This document shows, one piece after another, positions 14,401 to 26,625 of a stretch of 64,000 nucleotides of DNA (positions are counted from its first letter, which is position 1; each line of letters starts with the position of its first letter). The position numbers were made by a program, and so were the translations under genes. The notes beneath the pieces are model-generated. The model made no database searches and was not told where the DNA came from. It saw nothing but the letters and a program-made list of their open reading frames with translations. Origin of the DNA: Mobula hypostoma (Eukaryota); contig NC_086097.1 in NCBI RefSeq assembly GCF_963921235.1, positions 212,228,001-212,292,000 of the forward strand. Direction: 5' to 3'.

Positions 14401-14849
14401 TATGTAAATACCCCCAGGTCATCAGACCATGGAGTTTTGGTTTTGTTCAAATCACTATAAGAAAATATTTAATAGGCACTAAGGAAACGTGGGCTGCTCC
14501 ATCCATATCTGCCATTAAGATACACCGTTTAGAAAATAGTGTGCAAATCCCTTTTCAAAAAAAGTGATTGTAGCAACAAATTTATATCTGTAAACCGTAA
14601 TATCACTGCCATAGAACAAGTTCCGTGAACTCATTATCTCATTTTCAATTGCAACCATGTGGCAAGGATATCAGCTCCAGAACAGAAAAGCAGAAAACTG
14701 CATTTAACTCTCAACTGGAAACATTACAATTCCAAAGACAGTTGACCCAAGTATCAATGTGCCAACTACCAGAAACAAATAAAAAAAGCTCTTGAATTGT
14801 GATGAAAGAGTAAAACTTGAGGATTAAAAGTTAGATGAAAATAAGTCAT

Positions 14850-15400
14850 CCCGCGAACAGCTGCAGCAGAGCCCAGCTTTCAGCTCGTTCCCAGCACCGA
14901 ATCGCTCGATCAGAGCGATGCCGGATGCCGGATGCCACTCGGGGCCGCCCTCCGCTGCCGACCGGCCGGTGTCGGCTTGGCCCAGATGGCGGGCCTAGTT
15001 GCCGATCCGTGAACTGGCGTGAAGCGGTACCGACCGGTTCCACCCCTCCATCCAGGCAGCTCCCTGCCCAGCCGAATTCATGCTCACCTCTCCTTGCGGC
15101 GCTGATGCTTCTTCACGAACGCCATTGAGACAGAGACAACACAACAGCAGCGGCACACTTCGACACCCCGCACAACAGGAACCGAGGGCCCCCGCTCCGC
15201 TCCGCTCCGCCCCGCCCCGCCCAACAGCACCAGCTGGGGACTCCGACCCCGCCCACCGATCCCGACGGGTTCTGATCCGCCCACCCCCAGCAGCCGGGCC
15301 GGACTGGGGCCTCAGGTCTCGCCCACCGACACCAGCGGGTTTAGGGGTCGGGGTAGGGGGACGGGAGAGTAGAGGTTCTGGCCCGCCCCCACCAGCAGGG
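14850..15400 (-). promoter_or_regulatory. CpG island / GC-box promoter of the putative NSMAF gene
   Basis: The only CpG-dense non-repeat stretch. Tandem CCGCCC/CCGCTC motifs at ~15193-15222 and ~15246, just upstream of the ATG on the minus strand. Confidence 0.85.
15088..15125 (-). CDS. NSMAF: First coding exon (38 nt, MAFVKKHQRRKE-R, phase-2 intron), likely NSMAF/protein FAN
   Basis: ATG at 15125 inside a CpG island; ends AAGGAGAG|GTGAGC, a canonical donor. The peptide resembles the recalled vertebrate NSMAF N-terminus MAF(I)RKK...KER|FSLLLL. I did not find exon 2 (FSLLLLxLEEYYFEQH) in the window. Confidence 0.7.
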
Positions 15401-15821
15401 GGCAGTTTCAGCACCTTCCACATCCACTCCAGCACAACCAGCAGGATCAGTTCCCGGTACACCAACCACAACAACAAACATTGGGGTTTCCGGCAGCAAC
15501 CACGGTTAGCATAAGGAGCTGTTATGACATTGCTAGGAGCAGGAGATTCATCCATCAATACCCACCGCCACCTATAGATCCTCTGCACAACGAGGCGACA
15601 GTACCAATAGAGCTTCGGGAGGGGTCCATCAAACACTGCACACAGCAATCTACTGGTGATTCCAGCACTGAAAGGGGCCTCCATTGACACCAGTGTAGAG
15701 CGACCTAGCACCACCCACAGCCACCAGCTGAAGCTAGTTTCAGTACTAAGAGCTACCAGTGCAGGGCAAAAATGAACCTACAAGGTTTCAAGCGGAGCAC
15801 AGGTAGACTCCACTATATCAT

Positions 15822-16055
15822 CTAGCAGAGAGCAGGCAAACTTCCAACACCAGCCAACAGAAGGCAGACAAATCCTCCATACTAACCAGCAGAGAGTAGG
15901 CAAACTCCCCACTCTGACCAGTAGAAAGCCGACAAACTCTCCCACACCAATCAACCGAGGGCAAACAATATCTGCCACACCAACCAGCAGAAGACAGGCA
16001 ACCTCCCCCACACCAACTGGCAGAAGGCAGGCAAACTCCCATTACAGCAAACAGG
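15822..16055. repeat. Degenerate ~33-bp minisatellite, ~7 units
   Basis: Consensus approximately ACCAGCAGAAGGCAGGCAAACTCCCCCACACCA repeated with substitutions. Confidence 0.75.
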
Positions 16056-16375
16056 AGAATGGGCAGACAATGTCAAAGCTTTCTCAGGTAATGCCCCAGA
16101 ACTGATGTTAATTTTCTTGTAGTTCAGTTTTGTAGGGTGTGAAGTGGCTAATGAGGTCAATCCGAGATATACAGATGGGGTACAAGGTGCCGGACAGGAC
16201 AGTGGGTAGGTAGTTAGGGAGGTGATGCATTCTTTCTGCTGTTTTCACAGGGTCTTCTTGTGCATCCGATGTCCAGCCTTTCAGGTTCCAAATGCTCCTT
16301 CTCCACGTTGATGGTCATGGGCATCAGTTTCAGTGTGGATGTTGCACTTTTTCAAAGCTTTACCACATTCACATC

Positions 16376-16870
16376 CTCAGGGCTAAGGAAATTTGGCATT
16401 TCCCTAATGACTCTCACCAATTTTTACAGATGCATCATAGAAATCATCCTATTCCAACACATCACAACTTGGGATGGCAACTGTTCTGCCCAATACCACA
16501 GGAAATTGCAGAGAGTTGTGAACACAGCCCATCATTACAAATTAGCTACCCCTCTGCTGACTCTGTCTATACTCCCCACTACTTCAGAAAAGCAGCCAAC
16601 ATAATCAAGCATCCCTTTCACCCCGATCATTCTCCCTTCTTCCCCTTCCCAACTGACAGGAGATACAAAAGCCTGACAATGAGTGGCACCAGATGCAAAG
16701 ACAGCTTCTATCCCACTCTTATCAGACTCTTGGACAAACCTCTTATAACTGTAATGTTATATATCCTGTATTCTGTTTTTCCTTTATATACTACCTCAAT
16801 GTATGGAATGATCTGTTTAGATGGCTTGCACACAAAAGCTTTTCACTGTATCTTGCTATGCATGACAATC
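16376..16870 (+). mobile_element. Rex/Babar LINE 3' end
   Basis: LRKFGIS..TLTNFYRCIIE, RKLQRVVNTA and KDSFYPTLIRLL motifs. Confidence 0.85.
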
Positions 16871-16899
16871 TAGCTTCCCCTCCACTGACTCTATACTTC

Positions 16900-17560
16900 T
16901 CACTGCCAATTTCCAGTGCTGTGTCTAAGGTCACTTACGGTGGTTTGCTAATCCATCTTATGAATTTGGAGGATTCTGTAGTGACAATGTCGGTACGTTT
17001 CCATGTTCTGAAATACCTGCTATATGTAGTTTATGTCTCAGAAGCAAATAGAAGGACAGGAATCACCGCTACCAGTAGCCCATGATTTTTGTGCAGGTTG
17101 CAGCTCTTGACCTTCATGTACCTTTTTCAAAGGCATAGAAGCTGGTGGTGAATTTCATCATCAATATCTACCTTGCTGAGAGGTGGCTCTTGAGAATAAG
17201 GAATGAGCACGCAGAAACAAAACTATCATTTGTACAGTGCAGCACAATAACAGGCTGGGTTGACCTTGGTTTTGGAGTATAGACACCATAGCTTTTCATT
17301 TTTTCTGATCCTCAAATACTATTTTCCTTAATTAACCAAAGACTGCACACATACTTTGAAGGTGATGAGAATTTTCCTCACTTACTTGTGTGCTGAGCGG
17401 TGGTCTTGAGATATGAGATGTTGCCAACGTTATCCAATATCTCACCATGAACCAGTAAAAGCTGATAGGTAATCTCACAGAAATCTTAAAGGGTTAGCCA
17501 CTAGAACCAGCAGAGTCTAGTGCAGATGCTGATGTCCACTCTGTCTATGCTTCTTAGAAT
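16900..17560 (-). mobile_element. Old RTE LINE fragment
   Basis: Homologous to the 11.4-12.2 kb region (GAATTTCATC..CAAT, TTGAAGGTGATG). Confidence 0.55.
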
Positions 17561-17569
17561 TTGTACACC

Positions 17570-20350
17570 TCTGTTGGGGTGTTAGAAATAAGTATAAAAT
17601 TAAAAACATTTCAGAGAAATGAATGAGATGAGATGAGATCAGAATGAGATGATTCTGCAAGACCTGATGACCTGCATATGACAAATTGAAAAAGGTGGCA
17701 ACATAGATGGTGATGGACTGGAGATTGTCTTTGTAAATGCATCGATTTTTCTGTAGTTCTCAAAGCTTGGAAAGGGGGAAATGCAATCCCATTGTTTAAG
17801 AAAGGAGAGAGAGAAAAGACAGAAACAGTTAGTTTGATATCAGTATTTGGGATAATATACTAAATTTAAAGTGTTGTACTAAGAAAGTGATAACAATGCA
17901 CAAGGAAACTAATAGGAAAAGGCAGAGTCAAAATGAATTTGTGAAAAGAAAATCACGGTGAACAAATTTATTAATTTTTTTGTAGTTGTTACTAATAGAA
18001 TAGATAAGAAGGAACCAGTAGCTAAGATGTATTGCAGTTTCAGAAGGGTTTGATAAGATACCAAACAAGAAGGTATTATTGAATTGGAGCTCATTGAATT
18101 TGAGATGCTGGCTCAGATTGGTGACTGGTTAACAGACACAAAACACAGAGTAGAATAAATATGTCATTTTCTGGTTAGGAGACCATAACAGTGAGATGGA
18201 GGAACTGAGCGAAATACATGTTAGTAGGGAAGTGGTGTTGGGTAAATGAAGGGATTAAAGGCAGATAAATCCCCAGGGCCAGATGGTCTGCATCCCAGAG
18301 TGCTTAAGGAAGTAGCCCAGGAAATAGTGGATGCATTAGTGATAATTTTTCAAAACTCGTTAGATTCTGGACTAGTTCCTGAGGATTGGAGAGTGGCTAA
18401 TGTAACCCCACTTTTTAAAAAAGGACGGAGAGAGAAACCGGGGAATTATAGACCGGTTAGCCTAACGTCGGTGGTGGGGAAACTGCTGGAGTCAGTTATC
18501 AAAGATGTGATAACAGCACATTTGGAAAGCGGTGAAATCATCGGACAAAGTCAGCATGGATTTGTGAAAGGAAAATCATGTCTGACAAATCTCATCGAAT
18601 TTTTTGAGGATGTAACTAGTAGAGGGGATAGGGGAGAACCAGCGGATGTGGTATATTTGGATTTTCAAAAGGCTTTTGACAAGGTCCCACACAGGAGATT
18701 AGTGTGCAAACTTAAAGCACACGGTATTGGGGGTAAGGTATTGACGTGGATAGAGAATTGGTTAGCAGACAGGAAGCAAAGAGTGGGAATAAACGGGACC
18801 TTTTCAGAATGGCAGGCAGTGACTAGTGGGGTACTGCAAGGCTCAGTGCTGGGACCCCAGTTGTTTACAATATATATTAATGACTTGGATGAGGGAATTA
18901 AATGCAGCATCTCCAAGTTTGCGGATGACATGAAGCTGGGCGGCAGTGTTAGCTGTGAGGAGGATGCTAAGAGGACGCAGGGTGACTTGGATAGGTTGGG
19001 TGAGTGGGCAAATTCATGGCAGATGCAATTTAATGTGGATAAATGTGAAGTTATCCACTTTGGTGGCAAAAATAGGAAAACAGATTATTATCTGAATGGT
19101 GGCCGATTAGGAAAAGGGGAGGTGCAATGAGACCTGGGTGTCATTATACACCAGTCATTGAAAGTGGGCATGCAGGTACAGCAGGCGGTGAAAAAGGCGA
19201 ATGGTATGCTGGCATTTATAGCGAGAGGATTCGAGTACAGGAGCAGGGAGGTACTACTGCAGTTGTACAAGGCCTTGGTGAGACCACACCTGGAGTATTG
19301 TGTGCAGTTTTGGTCCCCTAATCTGAGGAAAGACATCCTTGCCATAGAGGGAGTACAAAGAAGGTTCACCAGATTGATTCCTGGGATGGCAGGACTTTCA
19401 TATGAAGAAAGACTGGATGAACTGGGCTTGTACTCGTTGGAATTTAGAAGATTGAGGGGGGATCTGATTGAAACATTTAAAATCCTAAAGGGATTGGACA
19501 GGCTAGATGCAGGAAGATTGTTCCCGATGTTGGGGAAGTCCAGAACGAGGGGTCACAGTTTGAGGATAAAGGGGAAGCCTTTTAGGACCGAGATTAGGAA
19601 AAACTTCTTCACACAGAGAGTGGTGAATCTGTGGAATTCTCTGCCACAGGAAACAGTTGAGGCCAGTTCATTGGCTATATTTAAGAGGGAGTTAGATATG
19701 GCCTTGTGGCTACGGGGATCAGGGGGTGTGGAGGGAAGGCTGGTGCAGGGTTCTGAGTTGGATGATCAGCCATGATCATAATAAATGGCGGTGCAGGCTC
19801 AAAGGGCCGAATGGCCTACTCCTGCACCTATTTTCTATGTCTATGTTTCTATAACTTGTGGAGTACCTCAAGAATTGGTACTGGGTGATAATCAATACCA
19901 ATAATTTTGGATGAAGGACCAGGAGATGACGCTATCTGGAGATGATCTAAACTGGGTTGGGAGAAGAATTCAGTGAGGTTTTGGAAGGTTATAGATGGGC
20001 AAAATAAAGGGCAAGGGCATAGCAAAGGGAACATAATGTAAAAATAGTGTAGTCATCCATTTAGGTACAAACATAGAGAACTAAATTATTTTCAAATTAT
20101 GGAAGATTGCAGGGTCTTGGTGTACGCACCAAAGTCTTCAAATCAAATCACTGGAAGTTAACATGTAGGTGAAGCAAGCAATCCAGAGGAAAAAAACATA
20201 CATTGGCCTCCACTGAAATAAATTTGGATACAAAGTGAAAGGTGTTCAACTGCAATTGTACAGGGCCACATGGGAATATTATATACAAAATGAGTTCCTA
20301 CCTAAGAAATAGTATATTGAAAATGGAAGTACATCCAAGGTTTGCCAGAC
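17570..20350 (+). mobile_element. Old CR1 LINE hosting a younger CR1 at 18192-19852
   Basis: Decayed RT motifs on both sides that read on across the insertion. Confidence 0.7.
18192..19852 (+). mobile_element. Young CR1 LINE, 5'-truncated (RT domain; one premature TGA at 19128-19130)
   Basis: ORFs 18246-19130 and 19158-19775 contain KSPGPDG, YLDFQKAFDKVPH, QGSVLGP and KFADD; (CTATGTTT) tail. Confidence 0.97.
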
Positions 20351-20952
20351 TGAAGAAGCGGCCCCAACTCCGACCCCTGCGGAACACCACTAGTAACCGG
20401 CAACCAATCAGAATAGGATCCCTTTGTTCCCACATCTTGTTTACTGCCTATCAGCCAATGCTCCACCCATTCCAATATCTTTCCTGTAATTCCATGGGCT
20501 CTCATCTTATTAAGCAGCCTCTTATGCGGCACCTTATCTGTGGTAACTTCTACTTTGAAAAAGGCACACTCGACAACTTCATGCCCAAAGAAACAACTTT
20601 ATCTCGAACGTCGAAACCTTTATGTATATACAGAGGCTTTCACAACCCGTATGTCATGGCAGGAACACTATATACAAAGCACACCGGAAGTAAAAGAATG
20701 GAAGTAAAACCCCCCCATTATCCTAATTAGTATTAACTTACTTTTAATAATGCTCACATTACAACACTTCTCCTCCTTTAAAATCCGACATCCCCCAAAT
20801 GTAAAAAAACTAGGAAATAAAAACAGTGGTGTTATTAACTTGCGTACCCCTGAAAGCTTATACTAGTATCTCAGCAACAGTTTATCAATACAAAACATCT
20901 GGAAAACATGACAGATTCAACATTCAATCTAACAACAAAATAAACTGTCCCG

Positions 20953-23369
20953 TCAAAGATTCAGTCTGTGAGGAGGATTACGAGTGCACTGTGATCTGCA
21001 CACTACCCCCGGTGACCCAGCAGGCACCGCTGGTGATAGTGTTTTGGGTGGGTCTGGAGTTGGGGGCATGAGAGGGGTCTGTGTGTCTGTGTGAGAATGT
21101 CCATCCTCCTCAGGGGACCCCGACCCTTCTGCCAATGTCCCGCCCTCTGGCAAAGTTACTGGTGGACATGCTTTCGCAGTAGTCTGTCTCACTTTTGCCT
21201 TCATGTCCAGGGGCAACAGGTCCAATCTTGACTTGGGACTATGCCCCATCAGCATCTCTGCTGGAGTACGAGCAGTCATAGTCTGTGGCGTGAGGCGGTA
21301 CTTAAACAGGAAATGTGAAGGCTGAATGCTAAGGGAGTCCCTTGTCATCCGCTTCAGGCCTTCCTTCACTGTCTGAACAGCCCGCTCAGCCAAACCATTG
21401 GAGGCTGGGTGGAAAGGGACCGTCCGAATGTGATGAATGCCACTCTGCTGCATGAACTCACTGAACAGCTCACTGGTGAACGTCGGGCCATTATAAGTGA
21501 CCAGTGTCAGAGAACCCATGGACTGCAAACACTTGCCTGAGTATGTCTATGGTTGAGGGGGCTGTGATGTTGCTCATGATGTGAGCTTCGATCCATGTAG
21601 AATGCGCATATACCATTACAAGAAACATCTGCCCCATAAAAGGGCCAGCAAAGTCCAAATGTAGCCTAGACCAGGGGTGGTCTGGCCACTCCCATGGGTG
21701 CAAAGGAGCTGGTGGTGCATATTCTGATTAGTCTGACATTTCATGCATGATTTTACCTTGTTCTCCAGATCCTGATCTATTCTTGGCCACCAAACATAGG
21801 ATCTTGCAAGGCTTTTCATTCGAGACACTCCTGGGTGAGTCTCATGAATTTCCTCCACAATCTGTGAACGGCCAGGGGGATGCATAATGACTCTTGCGCA
21901 CCCCCCCCCCCCCAGAAAATGCAGCCATCCTGTAGACTGAGATCTGTCATGCGTTTGGCATAATGCCTCAGTTCCTCTCCTTCCACGGCTCTGGGCCAAC
22001 CTTGTAAAAGAAAAGTCTTGACTTGAGACAGGATTGGGTCCCTCTCTGTCCACTGCCTGATCTGGGTCACCTTTACAGGTGTCTCTGACAACCTCTCCAA
22101 TGAAAAGTCTCTGGAGGCACATATGTAGTAACAGGTATCTCAGGTAAAGGCAGTCGACTCAGTGCATCAGCGTTTACATTATCCCCACCCGCTCTGTACA
22201 CTATAGTATACTGGTAGGCTGACAATGTAAGAGCCCAGTGCTGTATCCTGGCTGAGGCTAGCGGTGGGATGCATCTCGTCTCACTGAACAGGCTCATCAG
22301 TGGTTTATGGTCCATATAAATTGTAAATACGTGTCCATAAAGGTACTGATGAAAGCGTTTGACCGCGAAAACAATGGCCAGACCTTCTTTGTCTTGCTGT
22401 GAATATCCCTTCTCAGCAGCTGTCAGGGTATGTGAAGCAAAACCAATAGGCTTCTCCGAACAGTCCTCCATTCCATGTGAGAGAACTGCCCCGACTCCAT
22501 AGGGCGAGGCATCGCATGCCAGGGTGATCTCCTTGTCTGGGTCATAGTGAACAAGCAGCTTTGCTGAGTGGAGTTCTTTTACTTCCTTGAAAGCTTTCTC
22601 CTGCTCTTCACCCCATTGCCACTTAGTGTCATTGTGAAGCAGCTTATACAGTGGGGTCAAAACCCTTGAGAGGTCAGGAAGAAACTCACCATAATAATTC
22701 ACCGTGCCCAAAAATGTGTTCCGTGACAATCTTGGGGTTTTGGGCCTCCTTAATAGCTCTCACTTTGTCCTCCACAGGGCAAAGCCCCTCAGCTGTGATC
22801 TTGTGTCCTAGGTAAGTCACACTCGATGCCAGGAACACACATTTTCCGCGTTTCAACCGCAGCCCTGCGTCTGAGAGCCTCTTCAGCACCCGTTCTAAGT
22901 TAGCCAGATGCTCCACCTCCGTAGCCCCCGTGATCAAAATATCATCAAGGTACACTGCTACGTGCGGAATCACCTGCAGCAAAGTGTCCATTGTCCTTTG
23001 GAAAATGGCAGGGCTGGACGCCACTCCAAACACCAGGCGATTGTACTTGAATAATCCCTTGTGGGTATTAATTGTGACGTACTCCTCTGAATCCTCGTCG
23101 AGCAGCAGCTGTTGGTAGGTGTGGCTCACGTCCAGCTTTGTGAACAGCTTACCCCCTGACAGGGTCGCAAACAGGTTATCCACCCGTGGCAATGGGTAGT
23201 CCTCCAGCCTAGAGACCTGATTCACCGTAAGTTTATAATCCCCACATATCCTCACCGTTTTGTCTGTCTTCAAAACTGGAAGAATGGGAGCCGCCCACCT
23301 TGAAAACTGGATGGGCTCAATGATGCCCAGCCTCTGTAGACGTCCCAGCTCCTCCTCAACTTTTCTAGA
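20953..23369 (-). pseudogene. Gypsy pol (RT, RNase H, integrase), frameshifted, protease absent
   Basis: VRICGDYK, YLDDILI, ACDASPYGVGAVL, HPGVSRMKSLARSYVWWP, WSRLHLDFAGP and HPASNGLAERAVQT motifs. Confidence 0.95.
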
Positions 23370-24767
23370 TGTTGTGTGGCTGCCTGAGCCTGTTGAGCTT
23401 TCCCCCGCCCAGGCTTAATCTTACCCTTTGAACTGCTGCACTTTTTAGCTAAATGTCCCTTTTTGCTACAAGCATGGCGGACAGTGTCTTTGAATTTGCA
23501 ATCATTTGCATAGTGCGTCCCTCCACACCGGAAACATTCCACCCGCTTTGCCTGTTTACCTGTCTCCCTCCTGACTTGGTGCACTGCCGCCAACTGCGAC
23601 TCCCCATGTCCTTTCTGGATATCCTTGACACTACTAGCAGCCATCTCCATGCCTTGGGCAATCTCTAAGGCTTTCTTGAAAGTCAATGGTAGGGTTTCCC
23701 CTAACAGGCGGCGTTGTACGCCGTCATTATTAATGCCGCATACTAATCTGTCATGGAGCATGTCTTCCAACACCACTCTGAAATCACAATCCTCTGACAG
23801 CTGCCAAAGCTCGGCCACGAAATTGGCCACAGACTGACCTGGCTTCCTGAAATGACTATGAAACTTAGATCAGATTATGAAGACATGCAGTCCTCTTTTA
23901 TTGTCATTTAGTAATGCATGCATTAAGAAATGATACAATATTTCCTCCGATGTGATATCACAAAACACAGGACAGACCAAGACTGAAAAAACTGACAAAA
24001 CCACATAATTATAACATATAGTTACAACAGTGCAACAATACCATAACTTGATGAAGAAGTCCATGAGCACAGTAAAAAGTTCAAAGTCTCTCAAATGTCC
24101 CACATCTCACGCAGACGGGAGAAGGAAGAAAAACTCTCCCTGCCATGCCCGACCACAATCCGTCTCTGAGTCATCCGAAAACTTCGAGCCTCCGAATCAG
24201 CTGTTCGACACCGAGCACTGAGCATCATCTCTGTCCGAACGGTTCGACCTCAATCTCAGTCGCCAACAGCAGGCAAAGCCAGGGATTATGAGGCCTTCCC
24301 TCTGGAAGATTCCCGACTGCACAGTAACGACAGCAGCGAACAAGCATTTCAGAAATTTATCTAGATGTTCCTCTGTGTTTTCACGTCCGTCTCCATCAAA
24401 TCAGAATTGTCCACGGCCCCTATTTAAAGGATACGATATCATTTTTCACCAGAGGGCTGCACTCGCGTGGCGCGCTGCTCTCTCTCCTCCCGCCGATGGA
24501 CTTACGCCGTTGGACTATCACAGAAGGTTTCGGATTTTAGTGGTTCCCCACGAGCTTGACCAGTTCGTCATATGGAATGTCCTCCGGTTTCCGCAGCGTG
24601 GCTAAATTCCTTATTAGCTTCGCCCCACACACACTCAGGAGAATAGAGCGCGTCTTAGCCTCCTCAGTAATTCCATTAGCACAGAAAAAGTGTCCCAACC
24701 TTTCCTCATACTCTGGCCAGTCCGCCGTTACTTCCACAAATTCACCAATAGTCCCAAACGTAGCCAT
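23370..24767 (-). pseudogene. Gypsy gag (split by an insertion at 23868-24496)
   Basis: MATFGTIGEF..DWPEYEERL; LHDRLVCGI; zinc knuckles CFRCGGTH..C and ACSKKGH..C. Confidence 0.9.
23868..24496 (-). mobile_element. Non-autonomous ~650-bp retroposon, copy B (inside Gypsy gag)
   Basis: Homology to copies A, C and D; (AATCT/GATCT) tail; degenerate TSD ATGAAACTTA / ATGGACTTA. Confidence 0.9.
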
Positions 24768-25940
24768 CCAAATGTGAGGCCCCTTAACGGCACTGCTGCT
24801 CCTGTTTGAAACGTCCACAAAACCAGTTAACTCGTCGCCAAAAATATGTGGTAACTTCTACTTTGAAAAAGGCAAACTCGACAACTTCATGCCCAAAGAA
24901 ACAACTTTATCTTGAACATCAAAACTGTTACGTATATACAGAGGCTTTCACAACCCATATGGCATGGCAGGAACACTATATACAAAGCACACCAGAAGTA
25001 GAAGAATGGAAGTAAAGCCCCCCACTATCCTAATTAATATTAACTTACTTTTAATAATGCTCACATTACAACATTATCGAAGGCCTTTTGAAAATCCAAA
25101 TACACAACACCCACAGCCTCTCCCTTATCAACCTTATTTGAGATTACCTCAAAAAATTCCAATAGGTTGGTGAGGCAGGATCTTCCCTTCATGAAACCAT
25201 GCTGGCTTGGACCTATCTTGTGAATGAGGTATTTCATAATCTCGTCCTTGAGGATCGACTCCGATAACTTTCCAACTACTGATGTCAGACTAATAGGTCT
25301 GTAATTTTCTTTTTGCTGCCTCCCTCCTTTCTTAAACAGAGGAAATACACTTGCGACCTTCCAGTCCTCCAAAACCATGCCAGAGTCTATTGATTCCTGG
25401 AAGATCATTTCCAATGTCTCCACATTTCCAAAGCCACCTCCTTCAGAACCCGTGGGTGCACCTCATCCAGTCCAGGAGACTTATCCATTCTTAGTCCACT
25501 TAGCTTCCCAAGCACTTTCTCTCTAGTAATCTTAACTGTACCTAATTCTATTCCCTGAGACCTCTAGCTATTACGTATGTTGCTAATGTCTTCCACTGTG
25601 AAGACTGATGCAAAATACTCATATAGTTCCTCTGCCATCTCTTTGTTACCCATTATAATTTCTCCAGCATCATTTTCAATCGGTCCTATATCTACCTGTG
25701 TCACTCTTTTACTCTTCATATATTTAAAAAAAAAACTCTTAGTATCCTTTTTTATGTTAATTGCCATCTTCCTTTCATAATTCATCTTTTCTTTCCTAAT
25801 GACTTTCATAGTTTCCTTCTGTAAGTTTTTAAAAGTCGTCCAGTCCTCAGTTCTCCCACTAATTTTTGCTTCCTTATACGCTGTTTCTTTTGCTTTTATT
25901 TTAGCCTTAACCTCTCTTGTTAGCCACTTTTGTGCCATTT

Positions 25941-26625
25941 CAGGGGAGGGGAGGGGAGGAGAAGATGGTGGTGCGACGCAATGTGTGCGGCCGCTCCGAA
26001 ATTATATCGTATTTGTAAGTAGGAAGCTGTGCACAGTCCTGATTTGATGGAGACGGACATGAGAAGCACGGAGGAACACCTGGAGAAACTTCTGAAATTC
26101 CCGCTTTGCTGCTGCTGCTACTGTGCGATCGAGAATCTCCGGAGGGGAAGGCCCCAAATCCTCGGCTTTGCCTATTGCCTGTTGCCAGGGCAAGGGTCGA
26201 AGCGCTCGGCAGAGATGGTGCTCGGTGCTTGGTGTCGGAGGGCTGGTTGAAGGCTCGAAGTTTTCGGACGGAGTCAAGAGTTGGCTGTGGTCGGGTGCTT
26301 CCAGGGTGCTGCATCGGCAAGTTTGTGGCGCTGAAGGTTCGTGGCAGGGAGAGTTTTTCTTCCTTCTACATTCTGCGTGAGATGATGGGACTTTCGAGAG
26401 ACTTTGAGACTTTTTTTTACTGTGCCCATGGTCTGTTCTTTATCAAATTACGGTATTGCTTTCCACTGTTGTAACTATATGTTATAATTATGTGGTTTTT
26501 GTCAGGTTTTTTCAGTCTTGGTTTGTCTTGTGTTTCTGTGATATCATTCTGGAGGAACATTGTATCATTTCTTAATGATACAATAGAAGAGGACTGTGTG
26601 TCCTCATAATCTAATCTAATCTAAT
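25941..26625 (+). mobile_element. Non-autonomous ~650-bp retroposon, copy C (inside CR1)
   Basis: AAGATGGTGGTGCGACGC near the 5' end, (CTAAT)n at the 3' end; CR1 sequence continues on both sides. Confidence 0.9.

Larger units (their letters stand above)
20539..25073 (-). mobile_element. Ty3/Gypsy LTR retrotransposon (K02A2.6-like), both LTRs present, defective
   Basis: LTRs 20539-20766 and 24847-25073 (TG..CA); 5-bp TSD TTATC; PBS TGGCGACGAG at 24831-24840; PPT AAAGGAGGAGAAG next to the 3' LTR. Confidence 0.97.

Noticed and set aside
14995..15714. 239-aa ORF and overlapping ORFs across the CpG island
   Set aside because: GC-rich, stop-poor sequence with a low-complexity translation and no recognisable domain.
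18665..19369. Recurrent antisense ORFs (also at 54.6-55.3 kb and 59.2-60.1 kb)
   Set aside because: They are shadows of the same CR1 ORF2 sequence; recurrence reflects copy identity, not independent coding.
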